A stretch of DNA of 64,000 nucleotides, taken from contig CAZNTG010000015.1 in NCBI GenBank assembly GCA_964575955.1, positions 1-64,000 on the forward strand, read 5' to 3'. Both the position numbers and the translations under genes were made by a program. This stretch comes from an uncultured Thermoproteaceae archaeon. Its GTDB lineage: Archaea; Thermoproteota; Thermoprotei; Thermoproteales; Thermocladiaceae. Below the pieces are notes generated by a model, which had not been told where the DNA came from, ran no database searches, and saw only the letters and a program-made list of their open reading frames with translations. Shown in pieces: positions 1 through 8,751 of this stretch. The first letter of the stretch is position 1. The number at the start of each line of letters is the position of its first letter.

Positions 1-114
1 TTATTCATTTTATTCATTTTATTCATTTTATTCATTTTATTCATTTTATTCATTTTATTCATTTTATTCATTTTATTCATTTTATTCATTTTATTCATTT
101 TATTCATTTTATTC
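1..114. repeat. Perfect 9-bp tandem repeat (TTATTCATT)n, about 12.7 copies visible, runs off the window start
   Basis: Read directly: identical units with no spacers, ending at ...TTATTC (114). Confidence 0.97.
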
Positions 115-217
115 TAATTGCATGCACGTTCTGAGTTGTTATATTAGTTGATTTATAATTTTATTTATATGGTAAGAGAATAAGGTTAATAAAGTGGTCT
201 ATAGGATACAGTTATAT

Positions 218-625
218 ATGTCTGAATCATTAAGCTCTGCAATAGATAGGGCTGTTAAGAGATTTATAGATATGTGCGGAGATCATGTAGAAGAGGTGGT
301 TATAACAAGACCTGATGGTTTGATAGTGTATGCATATGTTCCACCTGGTTCTAAGTATGATGCTAGAGGTATTGCAGCATTAGTATCGCTATTGATGGGT
401 TCTAGTAAGAGGATATATGGACAACTTAGGGGAGGCGATATAGATTCTGTAATAATTGATGGTAAGAGAGGTAAGATACTTATAAAGTATATAGACTTGG
501 ATGGATCTGGAGTATATGTTAGTGTCATAACACCTACTGACAATCCTGAACCTAATATCGGTCTAATACTATTAGCATTGGACAATCTTGGAAATAGGCT
601 AAAGGAGATATTTAAAGGTGTATAA
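218..625 (+). CDS. Roadblock/LC7 (MglB-like) domain protein, copy 1
   Basis: VVITRPDGLIV...IAALVS...SVIIDGKRGKILI...PNIGLILL matches the Roadblock pattern; ATG 218 preferred over GTG 194. Confidence 0.85.
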   Translation: MSESLSSAIDRAVKRFIDMCGDHVEEVVITRPDGLIVYAYVPPGSKYDARGIAALVSLLMGSSKRIYGQLRGGDIDSVIIDGKRGKILIKYIDLDGSGVYVSVITPTDNPEPNIGLILLALDNLGNRLKEIFKGV

Positions 626-644
626 CTATAAGACTGTATAGCGT

Positions 645-1118
645 ATGGTGAGTCGAGTGAGTACATTAATTCTCGGAAATATAATCGAAGCTCTTGTAGA
701 TCTAGTTGGCGAAGAAGCTGTTACAACAGTTATACGTGTAGCAATACAGAGAACAGCTGAAGAGCTTTTATCAATATATGGTGTCAAGTCTGGCGACTTG
801 AACACACTATCAAGAGAGTTGTCAGAAATTATGAAGAAAGAGCTAGATGTAGAATTGAAGGTTAACATTCAGGAGAATGGAAATAGGATAGTTCTTGAAA
901 TCGAAAATTGCAAATTTGGAACTTTGCAGAGCTTAATGCTTCAAAAGGTTTCAAATGTCTTAAAATCTCGAAAATTATGTATCCTAGCATTATTATGTCT
1001 ATCGCTAATCGAGAAAATTTTGGGTAAAAGGTACGACGTTGGTACTATAATATGCGAGAGTGGTAAAGCGAGAATAGAAATATTAAGTCCAGAACTATAT
1101 CTAGCGAGAGGATTTTGA
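645..1118 (+). CDS. V4R-like Cys-containing domain protein, copy 1
   Basis: Helical N-half, then LEIENCKF...KLCIL...IICESGKARIEI; three Cys spaced as in the V4R/MetOD1 fold. Confidence 0.6.
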   Translation: MVSRVSTLILGNIIEALVDLVGEEAVTTVIRVAIQRTAEELLSIYGVKSGDLNTLSRELSEIMKKELDVELKVNIQENGNRIVLEIENCKFGTLQSLMLQKVSNVLKSRKLCILALLCLSLIEKILGKRYDVGTIICESGKARIEILSPELYLARGF

Positions 1119-1194
1119 ACCCATATAGGTAACACTTCTAACCACTCAGTATAGAGATGTTAAGCTTAAAAATCTCGCATATGAACTTATCAAA

Positions 1195-1608
1195 ATGTCC
1201 CATACTGAACCTCTCTCAACTGTACTAGATAAGATTGTGAGAAAATTTGTAGATATGTGCGGTAAAGCTGTGCAAGATGTAGTAATAGCTAGGTCTGACG
1301 GACTAGTGGTGTATTCATATAGTACAAGCTTAAATCCAACGCAGAGAAGAAGCATAGCTGCACTAATCTCATTATTGATGGGTTCTAGCAAGAAGATATA
1401 TTCTCAATTGAGGGATGACGAACTTGTGAGTATAATAATGGAAGGTAGAAGAAGTAAAATAATATTGAAATCTATAACCTTACCATCAGGTAGAGACGTC
1501 TATGTTAGTGTGTTAGTCTCTTCGGTTGATGAAGGTGAGCCAAATATCGGATTAATATTGTTAATGTTAGATAATCTTGTAGAAAAGCTAAGAGAAGTAT
1601 TTAGGTGA
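1195..1608 (+). CDS. Roadblock/LC7 domain protein, copy 2
   Basis: VVIARSDGLVV, IAALISLLMGSS, EPNIGLILL; clear paralog of 218..625. Confidence 0.85.
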   Translation: MSHTEPLSTVLDKIVRKFVDMCGKAVQDVVIARSDGLVVYSYSTSLNPTQRRSIAALISLLMGSSKKIYSQLRDDELVSIIMEGRRSKIILKSITLPSGRDVYVSVLVSSVDEGEPNIGLILLMLDNLVEKLREVFR

Positions 1609-2090
1609 TTTATATGACAGTTGGAGAATATAAGATTGGTAGACTACTTTTAAAGAATATAGTTGAGAGTATTGCTAATTTAGCTGGAGAAGATGCATTA
1701 ACAACAATAATAGATATGGCTTCTCACAAAACTGCGTTAGAGCTTATGAAATTGAGTAATGTATCGTTAGAGAAGGTTTCTGATGTTAGAGAAGCTTTTG
1801 AGAAAGCATTTTCAATTCTTAGAAGATTTCTAAAGTTTAACATAGAGAAGATAGATATTCATAATGATGGTATTAGTATAAGTATTAGAGGATGCGAATG
1901 CATATTCTCAGTTCCTGAACTTAAAATTATGGATAATGTACGTAGTATGTTGAGAGCTAGAAAGTTATGTATATTAGTGTTAATGGCATGTTCAATAGTT
2001 GAGACATTGATAGGTCAGGTATATACTATTAAAGATATGAGATGTATTGAGGGTAATGCAGATATCGTATTAACGAGTAGCATCTTCTAA
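1605..2090 (+). CDS. V4R-like Cys-containing domain protein, copy 2
   Basis: ISIRGCECIF...RKLCIL...MRCIEGNADIVL; paralog of 645..1118; overlaps the Roadblock stop (GTGA). Confidence 0.6.
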   Translation: MIYMTVGEYKIGRLLLKNIVESIANLAGEDALTTIIDMASHKTALELMKLSNVSLEKVSDVREAFEKAFSILRRFLKFNIEKIDIHNDGISISIRGCECIFSVPELKIMDNVRSMLRARKLCILVLMACSIVETLIGQVYTIKDMRCIEGNADIVLTSSIF

Positions 2091-2091
2091 G

Positions 2092-4008
2092 CTACTTTCT
2101 AAGTAGTTTACTAACTTTTTCATATAAAATTTCTAATATATGCTCATCTGCATATATGCCAGATGGTGGATCTACAAGTTTTTTCAATCTTATAGGTATG
2201 CCATCTAGTCTGTATGCTGTTCCCTCACATTCAATTCCTGTTAATGCTACAGGTATTACAATATCAGCATATTTCAAAGTTTCACATACTTTAGGTGTTA
2301 GTAATATTACAGGTATCTTTTCAACATTCTTCATAACTTCTCCAGGAAATGATGCTGCTGGATCTGCACCTGCTACAAATAGTAGATCTGTCTCTCCTCT
2401 TCTCAGTATATCTACAGCTGTTGTTACTCCAGGTATGTATCTTGGATATCTTTTAGATAGATCAATACCGAATGGTGCTCCATAAGTCCATAGAAATACC
2501 ATATTCGCACCTGTAACGTTGAAGTGTCCTCTCATTGCTATTATTATAGCTTTTGTATGTTCATTAAGTTCTTGAATTATCTTTATTGCCTCTTCAATAT
2601 TCTTAAACTTACCACGACTATGTGTAAGTCCAACACCGAAGAATAGTATTACGTAGTTTGCTTTTCTTAAATCTTCACAGAATTTTTCAAATTCTTCAAC
2701 ACTTATTCCAGCGATATTATCCTTTTCAATTTCTAAATCTCTAAGACACATTCTAATACCTGTCAATATCTCATAGTCACGACCAGGTTTTACTATAAAT
2801 TGAGTATCTACATCTTTAACATACTCAATAGCATTTACAGGACATATACGTATACATAATCCACACTCTCTACACTTGGAGATGTCTACATCATAAGTCT
2901 TTAAACCAAGTTTACCAATTCTCTTTCTAATAACTTCAGGACAAGATTCAAAACACATGTCACAACCTGTACATCTTTTAAGATCTATACCTGTAGGTCT
3001 TTGTGGTGCTACATCTCTAACATCTATGATGTATACCTTTCTATCTCTCCTACCTTTAATGAGCTTACCCTCCCTATTTATAAATCTGTATGTGAAATTT
3101 GGATGTGCATGTGAAGGATTCCAACCCCAAAAAATTACTAGATCTGCATAATGTGTTGTAAATCCTAAAGTAAAATCACTATGTCCAGTCTCTGCAACAG
3201 CCATGAGTGTTGGTCCATGACATACAGATGATGTATTATCAACAACACCACCAACAAGTTCAGCAATTTTTAAACCAAGTCTAATAGCTTCACATGTAGT
3301 ACAACTCCAACCGTAGAATAGTGGATATCTAGAGTTTACTAGTAGATTAGCAATTTCATCAATAGCTCTCTCAAGATCTACCTCTACAAACTCACCATTC
3401 TCTCTTCTCTTAAGTGGTTTCAATACTCTATCTCTATGATAATTTACAAACTTAGCTCTACCTATAACACAACATTCTTCAACATCTATAATCTCTTCAC
3501 CACACATCTTAACTCTAACACCATCACACAATAATCCACAGAATGGACATACAGCTCTTAGAAACTTTATAGAACCTCTACGCACTACTCTATCTCCAAT
3601 TCCAGGAATATTCTTCAAAAATTGTAATTCTTTATCAACAATATCTTCCTGCTTATCAACTTTACATACTCTCACTCTAACCTGCTTGTAGTTTGGTGTT
3701 GCTGAAGCTTCAGTATATGGTGGTATTATCTTATTAATATATGATCCATATGGTACAAAGATAACACCTTCAGGACATGTATTATCAATTTTTACATACA
3801 TATCTACACAATTATCTTCTCTACATACATAAACAACATCACCATCTTTAACATCTATCTTCTCGGCATCTTTAGAATTTATATGTATAGTTTTGACACA
3901 TGTCACATATTCTCTAGAAAATCTACCAAAATTTTCAAGATAGTAACCCTGCTCTATAGATCTTCCTGTTGTTAATAGAATTTCAATACATCTATCAACT
4001 TTAGACAT
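2092..4008 (-). CDS. fwdB: Formylmethanofuran dehydrogenase FwdD-FwdB fusion with internal 2x[4Fe-4S] ferredoxin
   Basis: N-term LLTTGRSIEQG...PEGVIFVPYG (FwdD); CPFCGLLCD, SSVCHGPT, WGWNPSHAHP, MRGHFNVTG, GTAYRLDG (FwdB); two CxxCxxCxxxCP motifs inserted. Confidence 0.9.
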   Translation of the reverse strand: MSKVDRCIEILLTTGRSIEQGYYLENFGRFSREYVTCVKTIHINSKDAEKIDVKDGDVVYVCREDNCVDMYVKIDNTCPEGVIFVPYGSYINKIIPPYTEASATPNYKQVRVRVCKVDKQEDIVDKELQFLKNIPGIGDRVVRRGSIKFLRAVCPFCGLLCDGVRVKMCGEEIIDVEECCVIGRAKFVNYHRDRVLKPLKRRENGEFVEVDLERAIDEIANLLVNSRYPLFYGWSCTTCEAIRLGLKIAELVGGVVDNTSSVCHGPTLMAVAETGHSDFTLGFTTHYADLVIFWGWNPSHAHPNFTYRFINREGKLIKGRRDRKVYIIDVRDVAPQRPTGIDLKRCTGCDMCFESCPEVIRKRIGKLGLKTYDVDISKCRECGLCIRICPVNAIEYVKDVDTQFIVKPGRDYEILTGIRMCLRDLEIEKDNIAGISVEEFEKFCEDLRKANYVILFFGVGLTHSRGKFKNIEEAIKIIQELNEHTKAIIIAMRGHFNVTGANMVFLWTYGAPFGIDLSKRYPRYIPGVTTAVDILRRGETDLLFVAGADPAASFPGEVMKNVEKIPVILLTPKVCETLKYADIVIPVALTGIECEGTAYRLDGIPIRLKKLVDPPSGIYADEHILEILYEKVSKLLRK

Positions 4009-4016
4009 GGAAGTAC

Positions 4017-4853
4017 CTATGAAGGTTTTTCAATAAGTCTAATCTTTTTAAGTAGTTTACCATCACGTGAATGTGGTGTTCTTACAAGTTGATCATTATA
4101 CTTCTCAATTTCTCTAGCCTCATCTGCAAGTTTTGAAGCAATAAACATCATTTCATGAGCTGCGGATGCTATTAACGTATATTTTTCCCATTCCTTAATC
4201 TTAAAACATGCCTCTGTAGTTAGCTCAGCTACATGTCTAGCAATTTCATATGCTGCAATAGCTTTAGATAATGCATATGGATTTTTAATTTCCGAATATT
4301 CAATAACGTGATATTTATCAAATACTACTCTTGGAAGTTCTACCTTCTCACCACTCTTCAATTGTTCTACTACTCTATCAATATTCTTAACAATACATCT
4401 ATAAACTCCACATACAGTTAATACTTTTATAACGTATGTATTGTACATACACATCTCAGACATATCTAGAAATTCTCTTCTAGCACCAATCATAGAGTCT
4501 GCAAGAACTATTATATATCCATAACCATCCTCTTCAAGCTTCTTAACAATACTCTTAGCAGCTCCATCACTAATAACTATTATTGGTTTATTAGAACTTT
4601 TTAATAATTCTCTAATCTTTGTAGGTCCTGGAAGAGATGCATTTGGACTAACAACAATGTATAGATCATGATTATCTTCTAAAGCTCTCTTTGCAACTTT
4701 TTCACATAGATCTTCAATCATTTTTGAACCTGTTGAATATACAACAGTTCTAATATCTTCTCTATCAGCTCTCTCATCAAGTGCATATTCTAGAAGTACT
4801 GATGAGCCAATACATCCACATTTAACAACTCCAATACTAACTATCTTAGACAC
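4017..4853 (-). CDS. mtd: F420-dependent methylene-H4MPT dehydrogenase
   Basis: LDERADREDI, SPNASLPGP, DSMIGARREFLD, AAHEMM, DEAREIEK, RTPH are Mtd signatures. Confidence 0.93.
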   Translation of the reverse strand: MSKIVSIGVVKCGCIGSSVLLEYALDERADREDIRTVVYSTGSKMIEDLCEKVAKRALEDNHDLYIVVSPNASLPGPTKIRELLKSSNKPIIVISDGAAKSIVKKLEEDGYGYIIVLADSMIGARREFLDMSEMCMYNTYVIKVLTVCGVYRCIVKNIDRVVEQLKSGEKVELPRVVFDKYHVIEYSEIKNPYALSKAIAAYEIARHVAELTTEACFKIKEWEKYTLIASAAHEMMFIASKLADEAREIEKYNDQLVRTPHSRDGKLLKKIRLIEKPS

Positions 4854-5025
4854 CTAGTAGAGCTATTGTACAGATATTTAAGTTTAGGCATAGTTCTATA
4901 ACGATAGATTGTTAAGAAGATTATCAATATTGTAAAATTTGAGAAGAAATTTAGAGCGGTTAGGAATCCGAACTATTGCTATAAGGAGTGTAAAGTTTAA
5001 ATATGTAAAACACTTATTAAGTAAC

Positions 5026-6858
5026 ATGCCTTTTGTAGATATAGCAAATGAGGATATTAGAAAACTTGTTGAAGAAGCCGAAAGGAGAAATATAGATACA
5101 CCACATGTTAGAAGATTGAAAGTTTCTCAATGTAAGATTGGTAGAGAGGGATTATGTTGTAATGTATGTTCTGAAGGACCATGCATACTCTCTGAGAAGT
5201 ATCCATATGGTGTCTGTGGTCTAAATGTTCATCAAGTTGTAGCTAAAAATCTTCTTAGACATGTTGCTGCAGGTGTTGCATGTTATGTACATGTTTGTGA
5301 AAATACTGCTAGATCATTGTTAGAGTTAGACTATGTTAAAGATAGAGATAAGCTTGAGAAAGTATGTAAGATATTTAACATAGATGTTAATCATAAAAGA
5401 CTTGCTAAACTAGTTATCGAAGACATATATAGACCTAGATGGATTGAAAGTTTTATAGTTACTAAACTTGCATATAAGCCAAGACTTGAAGTATTTAGAA
5501 GATTAGGAATAGTTCCAGGCGGTGCAAAATCTGAGATTGTTGATGCACTAGTTAAGACATCTACAAACTTAAACGCTAATGTGATAGACATGCTCTTACA
5601 TGTATTGAAACTTGGACTTATCATGGGGTATGTCGCTCTTAGAATGAATACCTGGATGAATGATATAATACTTGGAACTCCAAAGGTTGAGATGTTAGAG
5701 TCAGGTATTGGTAAGATTGATCCAACATGTGTAAATATATTAACTACAGGACATCAGACAGTACTACAACAGGCAGTTATTGAGTATGCATCTTCAAGTG
5801 AAGCTCAGGAATTAGCTAAGAGAGCAGGTGCATCAGGTATAAATATTATAGGTGGTACATGTGTTGGTCAAGATATACAGTCAAGATGGACATATCTCAA
5901 AAATAGCTGTTTTATAGGTCAATGCGTTAATAATTTTGGAACAGAACCGTTAGTTGCTAGTGGACTTATTGATGCTGTTGTTTCAGAATTTAACTGTACA
6001 TTTCCGGGACTTACAAATATTTCAAAAATTACAGGAACAAAATTGATAGCTATTGACGATGTTGCATATATTGAAGATGCAACACTACTACAGTGGAGTC
6101 CTGAAAAAGCTAGAGAAATTGCTAAGAAAGTTGTTGAACTTGCAATTGAAGCTTTCAAATCTAGATCTAGAAGGTTAGAAAGGTTTGGAAAAGTTAAGAA
6201 AGCTGTAGTAGGATTTAGTGAAGATTATATAGAGAAGAATCTGCTAGATAGGTTACTACAGCTAATAGCTGACTGTAAGATTAGAGGTATTGTAGCTCTT
6301 GTAGGTTGTTCAAATTTGATAAGTAGAGGTCATGATGTTTTGATTAGAGATTTAGCAATTGAATTATTGAAGAGAAACATAATGATATGGACTGCAGGTT
6401 GTACATCATATGGTCTTCAAGGTCTTGGATTTATGAGTGAAGAAGCATTAAGATATGCTGGAGATGATCTACAAGATGCTTGTAGAGAATTGAACCTACC
6501 GCCAGTGTGGGATTTTGGATTATGTATGAGTATTTCAAGAATAGTATACATAGCTGAGAAGATATCTGAGAAGTTGAATGTTGACCTACCTGACTTACCT
6601 ATAGCTGTCTCAGCACCACAATGGCTTGAAGAACAGGCACTTGGAGATGCTGCATATGCATTAGCATGCGGCTTTCTACTTCATGTATATCCATCACCGT
6701 TCATAGATGGTTCAACAGTCGTCAAATCTATACTTACTGAAAAGCTTGTAGATATCACAGGTGGCAAACTATATATTGAGGATGATCCTGTGAAAGCTGC
6801 TGAAACTATTGAAAAACATATTAATGATAGAAGGAGGAGATTAAATTTAAAGACTTAA
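5026..6858 (+). CDS. cooS: CooS-type Ni,Fe CO dehydrogenase family protein (non-canonical active site)
   Basis: QCKIGREGLCCNVCSEGPC...VCG (D/B clusters), TGH, FNCT, VGCS, AGCT, GLC (C cluster); ATG 5026 preferred over TTG 4939. Confidence 0.88.
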   Translation: MPFVDIANEDIRKLVEEAERRNIDTPHVRRLKVSQCKIGREGLCCNVCSEGPCILSEKYPYGVCGLNVHQVVAKNLLRHVAAGVACYVHVCENTARSLLELDYVKDRDKLEKVCKIFNIDVNHKRLAKLVIEDIYRPRWIESFIVTKLAYKPRLEVFRRLGIVPGGAKSEIVDALVKTSTNLNANVIDMLLHVLKLGLIMGYVALRMNTWMNDIILGTPKVEMLESGIGKIDPTCVNILTTGHQTVLQQAVIEYASSSEAQELAKRAGASGINIIGGTCVGQDIQSRWTYLKNSCFIGQCVNNFGTEPLVASGLIDAVVSEFNCTFPGLTNISKITGTKLIAIDDVAYIEDATLLQWSPEKAREIAKKVVELAIEAFKSRSRRLERFGKVKKAVVGFSEDYIEKNLLDRLLQLIADCKIRGIVALVGCSNLISRGHDVLIRDLAIELLKRNIMIWTAGCTSYGLQGLGFMSEEALRYAGDDLQDACRELNLPPVWDFGLCMSISRIVYIAEKISEKLNVDLPDLPIAVSAPQWLEEQALGDAAYALACGFLLHVYPSPFIDGSTVVKSILTEKLVDITGGKLYIEDDPVKAAETIEKHINDRRRRLNLKT

Positions 6859-7787
6859 CTTCTAGATTCTAACTCTCTCTTAAACTCTCTCCTTAAAAAT
6901 TCTAACAACTCTATTGGTAGTATTAGAAGAACTTTCTGATTAGGATCTTTAGATATATCTGAAAGTGTGTGTAATACTCTTAGTGTTAATGCTGCAGGTG
7001 TTTTTGATATTATCTCAGCAGCTTTTGCAAGATTTTCAGCAGCTATAAGCTCTCCCTCAGACTTTATAATATTACTACGTTTCTCTCTTTCAGCCTCTGC
7101 CTGTCTTGCAATTATACTCTTCATATTTTCAGGAATTATAATATCTTGAAGTTTTACAGATACAATCCTTATACCCCAATCAACAGCAATTTCATCAACA
7201 ATCTTTCTAATAATCTCACCAATCTGCTCACGCTTCTGTAATACATCATCAAGATCATGACTACCAATAACATCTCTAAGCACAGTCTGTGCATATAGTA
7301 TTGTTGCTCTTCTATAATTTTCAACATTTAGAATAGCCTTTTCAGGATTTTCAACCTTAAAAAATACAACACCATTAACTTTAACAGACACATTATCTCT
7401 AGTAACAACCTCCTGCTCAGGAATATCAACAGCACGAACACGAAGATCAATCTTTCTCAAACTCTGCACTATAGGTGCAATCCAAACAATACCAGGATTT
7501 AACAAACCTGAAAATTTACCAAGAGTAAACAACACACCACGCTCATACTCATAAATCACCCTAATACCAGCTAAAGAATATATCAAAACTATAAAACACA
7601 AAACTTTCAACCAGATCGGCCCAATAAACATGCCAACTATAGACAACACAACCAAAGTCCAAAAAACACCCCACTGACTTGGATTCCTATACCTAACACT
7701 CACACAATCGAAAAACATCGAAAAAATATAAACATACCTACCTGAAGGTATAATCATACCTTCTAAACACATTTTTACACAGAACAT
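6855..7787 (-). CDS. SPFH/band 7 stomatin-like protein (true start probably downstream of 7787)
   Basis: YERGVLFTLG, QEVVTRDNVSV, AQTVLRDVIG, ARQAEAERE. Confidence 0.92.
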   Translation of the reverse strand: MFCVKMCLEGMIIPSGRYVYIFSMFFDCVSVRYRNPSQWGVFWTLVVLSIVGMFIGPIWLKVLCFIVLIYSLAGIRVIYEYERGVLFTLGKFSGLLNPGIVWIAPIVQSLRKIDLRVRAVDIPEQEVVTRDNVSVKVNGVVFFKVENPEKAILNVENYRRATILYAQTVLRDVIGSHDLDDVLQKREQIGEIIRKIVDEIAVDWGIRIVSVKLQDIIIPENMKSIIARQAEAEREKRSNIIKSEGELIAAENLAKAAEIISKTPAALTLRVLHTLSDISKDPNQKVLLILPIELLEFLRREFKRELESRS

Positions 7788-7839
7788 GCTATAGTGAGAT
7801 TAGAAATTCCGTATAGAAGAATCTACGAGTATCTAGTCC

Positions 7840-8751
7840 TCAGCCTTGTACATCATTTGCGGGTCTTATGTATATCGACTCTATTGGTAACGAGTATCCT
7901 AGTGACATTCTTACATGATTAATAAACCTTTTCAATTTTTCATTGAAACGTCTATCGCATGTAATTACGATTATTCTATCTTTTGAGGATTCTATCTTAG
8001 ATATGTAAATGTCAAGGTATATCCCTGCAAGCAGGACAAGATCACCATTCTCATGTCTATAGCTTATCCCGATATTTTCTAGAAATTTATGACATTCTTC
8101 GAGTGTCTTCGAACCACATACTTTTAAACACTCCACTTCCCAGATACTTAAGATACTCTTCATTATAAGCTCACTAAGTTCATCAAGAATCTGTATTAAG
8201 CTTTTGTTAGATAGTAATATAAGCTCATTAATTATTTCATAATACTTATCTAACATTCTTATTAGAGGTATTGATGTAGCCTCATCACGTAGTTGCTCTA
8301 ATACTTGTACAAATCTTTTAATAAAATAGATATGTTTAAGCTTCGTAAGATGTCTCGACAATATATGAAGTATATAACTCGCATAGTAAAACTCTCTATA
8401 GCCATAACTCAGCACAAGAGAATCTAACTCTTTTGCAAACATTTTCAATCCATCTTCAATATTATTGAAGTAAATCTTGCTTAGTTTTCGTAATATCTCT
8501 ACGACTCTTCTTGAATATCTTCTAAAATATTTTTTACTTTCTATAACTTCTTCAGTAATGGGATGGTATAAGTTGTATAGTTGTTTGAGAGAACTTTTTA
8601 ATGTTATTTTAATGAGTTCTCTAGTTACGTAAGGTATGACAAATTTGATATCAGCCCTAGAGCATTTTAAACCAATTTCTTGAAGTTTCAAGCATAATTC
8701 TCTCCTGGTAGTACGTGCAAAAATTCCAACATCAGGGATGATGAGTATCAT
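7840..8751 (-). CDS. Putative PIN-domain nuclease with large helical insertion
   Basis: N-term ILIIPDVGIF and IPYVTRELI; C-term NGDLVLLAG and IIVITCDRRF are the PIN acidic motifs, unusually far apart. Confidence 0.55.
   Translation of the reverse strand: MILIIPDVGIFARTTRRELCLKLQEIGLKCSRADIKFVIPYVTRELIKITLKSSLKQLYNLYHPITEEVIESKKYFRRYSRRVVEILRKLSKIYFNNIEDGLKMFAKELDSLVLSYGYREFYYASYILHILSRHLTKLKHIYFIKRFVQVLEQLRDEATSIPLIRMLDKYYEIINELILLSNKSLIQILDELSELIMKSILSIWEVECLKVCGSKTLEECHKFLENIGISYRHENGDLVLLAGIYLDIYISKIESSKDRIIVITCDRRFNEKLKRFINHVRMSLGYSLPIESIYIRPANDVQG

Noticed and set aside
1-114. CRISPR array or telomere
   Set aside because: 9-bp units with no spacers rule out CRISPR; nothing shows that the window start is a replicon end
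3210-3235. Selenocysteine in FwdB
   Set aside because: The metal ligand is a normal Cys codon (SSVCHGP); no in-frame TGA
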